The position numbers were made by a program, and so were the translations under genes. From Macrostomum lignano (lineage: Eukaryota): 64,000 nt of DNA. Positions 62,002-64,000 of the stretch are shown piece after piece (the stretch's first letter is position 1; every line of letters starts with the position of its first letter). The notes beneath the pieces are model-generated. The model saw only the letters and a program-made list of their open reading frames with translations, had not been told where the DNA came from and did not search any database. The DNA lies in assembly GCA_002269645.1 (NCBI GenBank), contig NIVC01000353.1, positions 593,877 through 657,876 of the forward strand, given 5' to 3'.

Positions 62002-62166
62002 CTTCGACGAGAACGCTGCCCACCGAGGCGAGGGCCATCCTGCTAGCGGCGGCCTGTGCTCCACCACCTGCCTCACCAGAGGCCGCGAGTCTTTTCTCTA
62101 CCGCTCCGACTCGGATTTTGACGTTTCGCCGAAGACGTCGCGTCACTCCTCTCTAGCCAGCGATTT
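62002..62166 (+). CDS. PDE4: PDE4/dunce cAMP phosphodiesterase, first shared (UCR1) coding exon, phase 2 to phase 2
   Basis: Acceptor catgcAG at 62000-62001 and donor GTAAGT at 62167. Translation from 62003 is FDENAAHRGEGHPASGGLCSTTCLTRGRESFLYRSDSDFDVSPKTSRHSSLASD. This matches from memory the PDE4 UCR1 signature FDV(E/D)NG...QRRESFLYRSDSD(Y/F)(D/E)xSPKxMSRNSSxAS. The frame is not in the ORF track because it has no start codon. Confidence 0.93.
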
Positions 62167-62880
62167 GTAAGTTTGACCGATAAAAACTCAACTGCTTTAC
62201 TGAAAGTAGAATATTTACAATATTTACAGCTTAATTTTAGGCAAAATTATTTTGTAGCAGCAATTGAGTCAAATTCTGACATGTCCGTATTCTATTTCAA
62301 TTCATATTTAATAATGCCTATTAGCCCGCTTCTCTGCCAGTTCCATGTGGCCTTGATGTCAACAACTTTTCTTGCATTCTGTCGCTATTGTTTCTTTTTT
62401 CAGCTGAACAGGCCTTATGGCTTCTTTTTCAATGAGTTCTCAGCTCTTGACTCCGGATCCACTAAACCGGTATTACCGTAACTGTGTTCAGAAGTTTTGA
62501 AATTATTTTTATTTCTCGATTAAATCTCTATTTTCATCTTTCATCGTCTATTGCATGTTTGCTTACAACTTTATTTAAGTTTTATGAGCAGAGATTTGCC
62601 GCTAAAATTGAGAACTGAACCTCCCGAAAAAAAAAATAATTTTATTGATAATGAACAGATTTTAGTGAATTCCTATCAATATTTTACAACGGGAAACTTG
62701 TACCAGAATCTGGAGCAGTTAACACCGCTTTAGTAAGGCCAACTGCAGTTTAGCAGACTGTAATGACAATTCCCGTGTGATTAATATTTTAAAGTGATGA
62801 AAGAATATACCACTAAATTATTTAAGTCAGTTTTTATTAACTCAGTTTGAATTTATGTGGTTCAAAGCCCTTGATTTCAG

Positions 62881-64000
<1,120 letters not shown>

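Noticed and set aside
61875-62156. Track ORF MIVVTRYRR...RRRRRVTPL
   Set aside because: It is the wrong frame. The overlapping frame encodes the PDE4 UCR1 motif with proper splice sites.
62167-62880. Next PDE4 exon (expected HG.DLIVTPFAQ.LASL)
   Set aside because: It was not found by eye on the + strand and presumably lies beyond the window.

Overview
This is repeat-rich metazoan genomic DNA, probably an invertebrate. The style recalls flatworm assemblies such as Macrostomum, but I cannot confirm the organism. By my coordinate tally about half of the window is tandem repeat: about 20 unrelated minisatellites of 11-35 bp plus eight (GATA)n/(TATC)n arrays. Nearly all long ORFs in the supplied track are repeat artefacts. 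Two real systems lie between the repeats. (1) The 5' region of a PDE4/dunce cAMP phosphodiesterase gene on the + strand. Its first shared UCR1 exon (62002-62166, ...RESFLYRSDSDFDVSPKTSRHSSLASD) is missed by the ORF track. Upstream are five well-supported and a few weaker candidate alternative first coding exons spread over about 57 kb, ending in phase-2 donors that fit this exon, plus a candidate 14-nt microexon. The shared exon has an apparent compensating -1/+1 indel pair that removes the canonical QRRES PKA site. (2) A 5'-truncated Penelope-like retroelement of Neptune type on the - strand (49137-52112), inserted in a (GATA)n array. It has a degenerate SGNH-like ORF1, an A AAA AAC slippery site leading into RT plus GIY-YIG, and a minimal type I hammerhead ribozyme in its 3' UTR.
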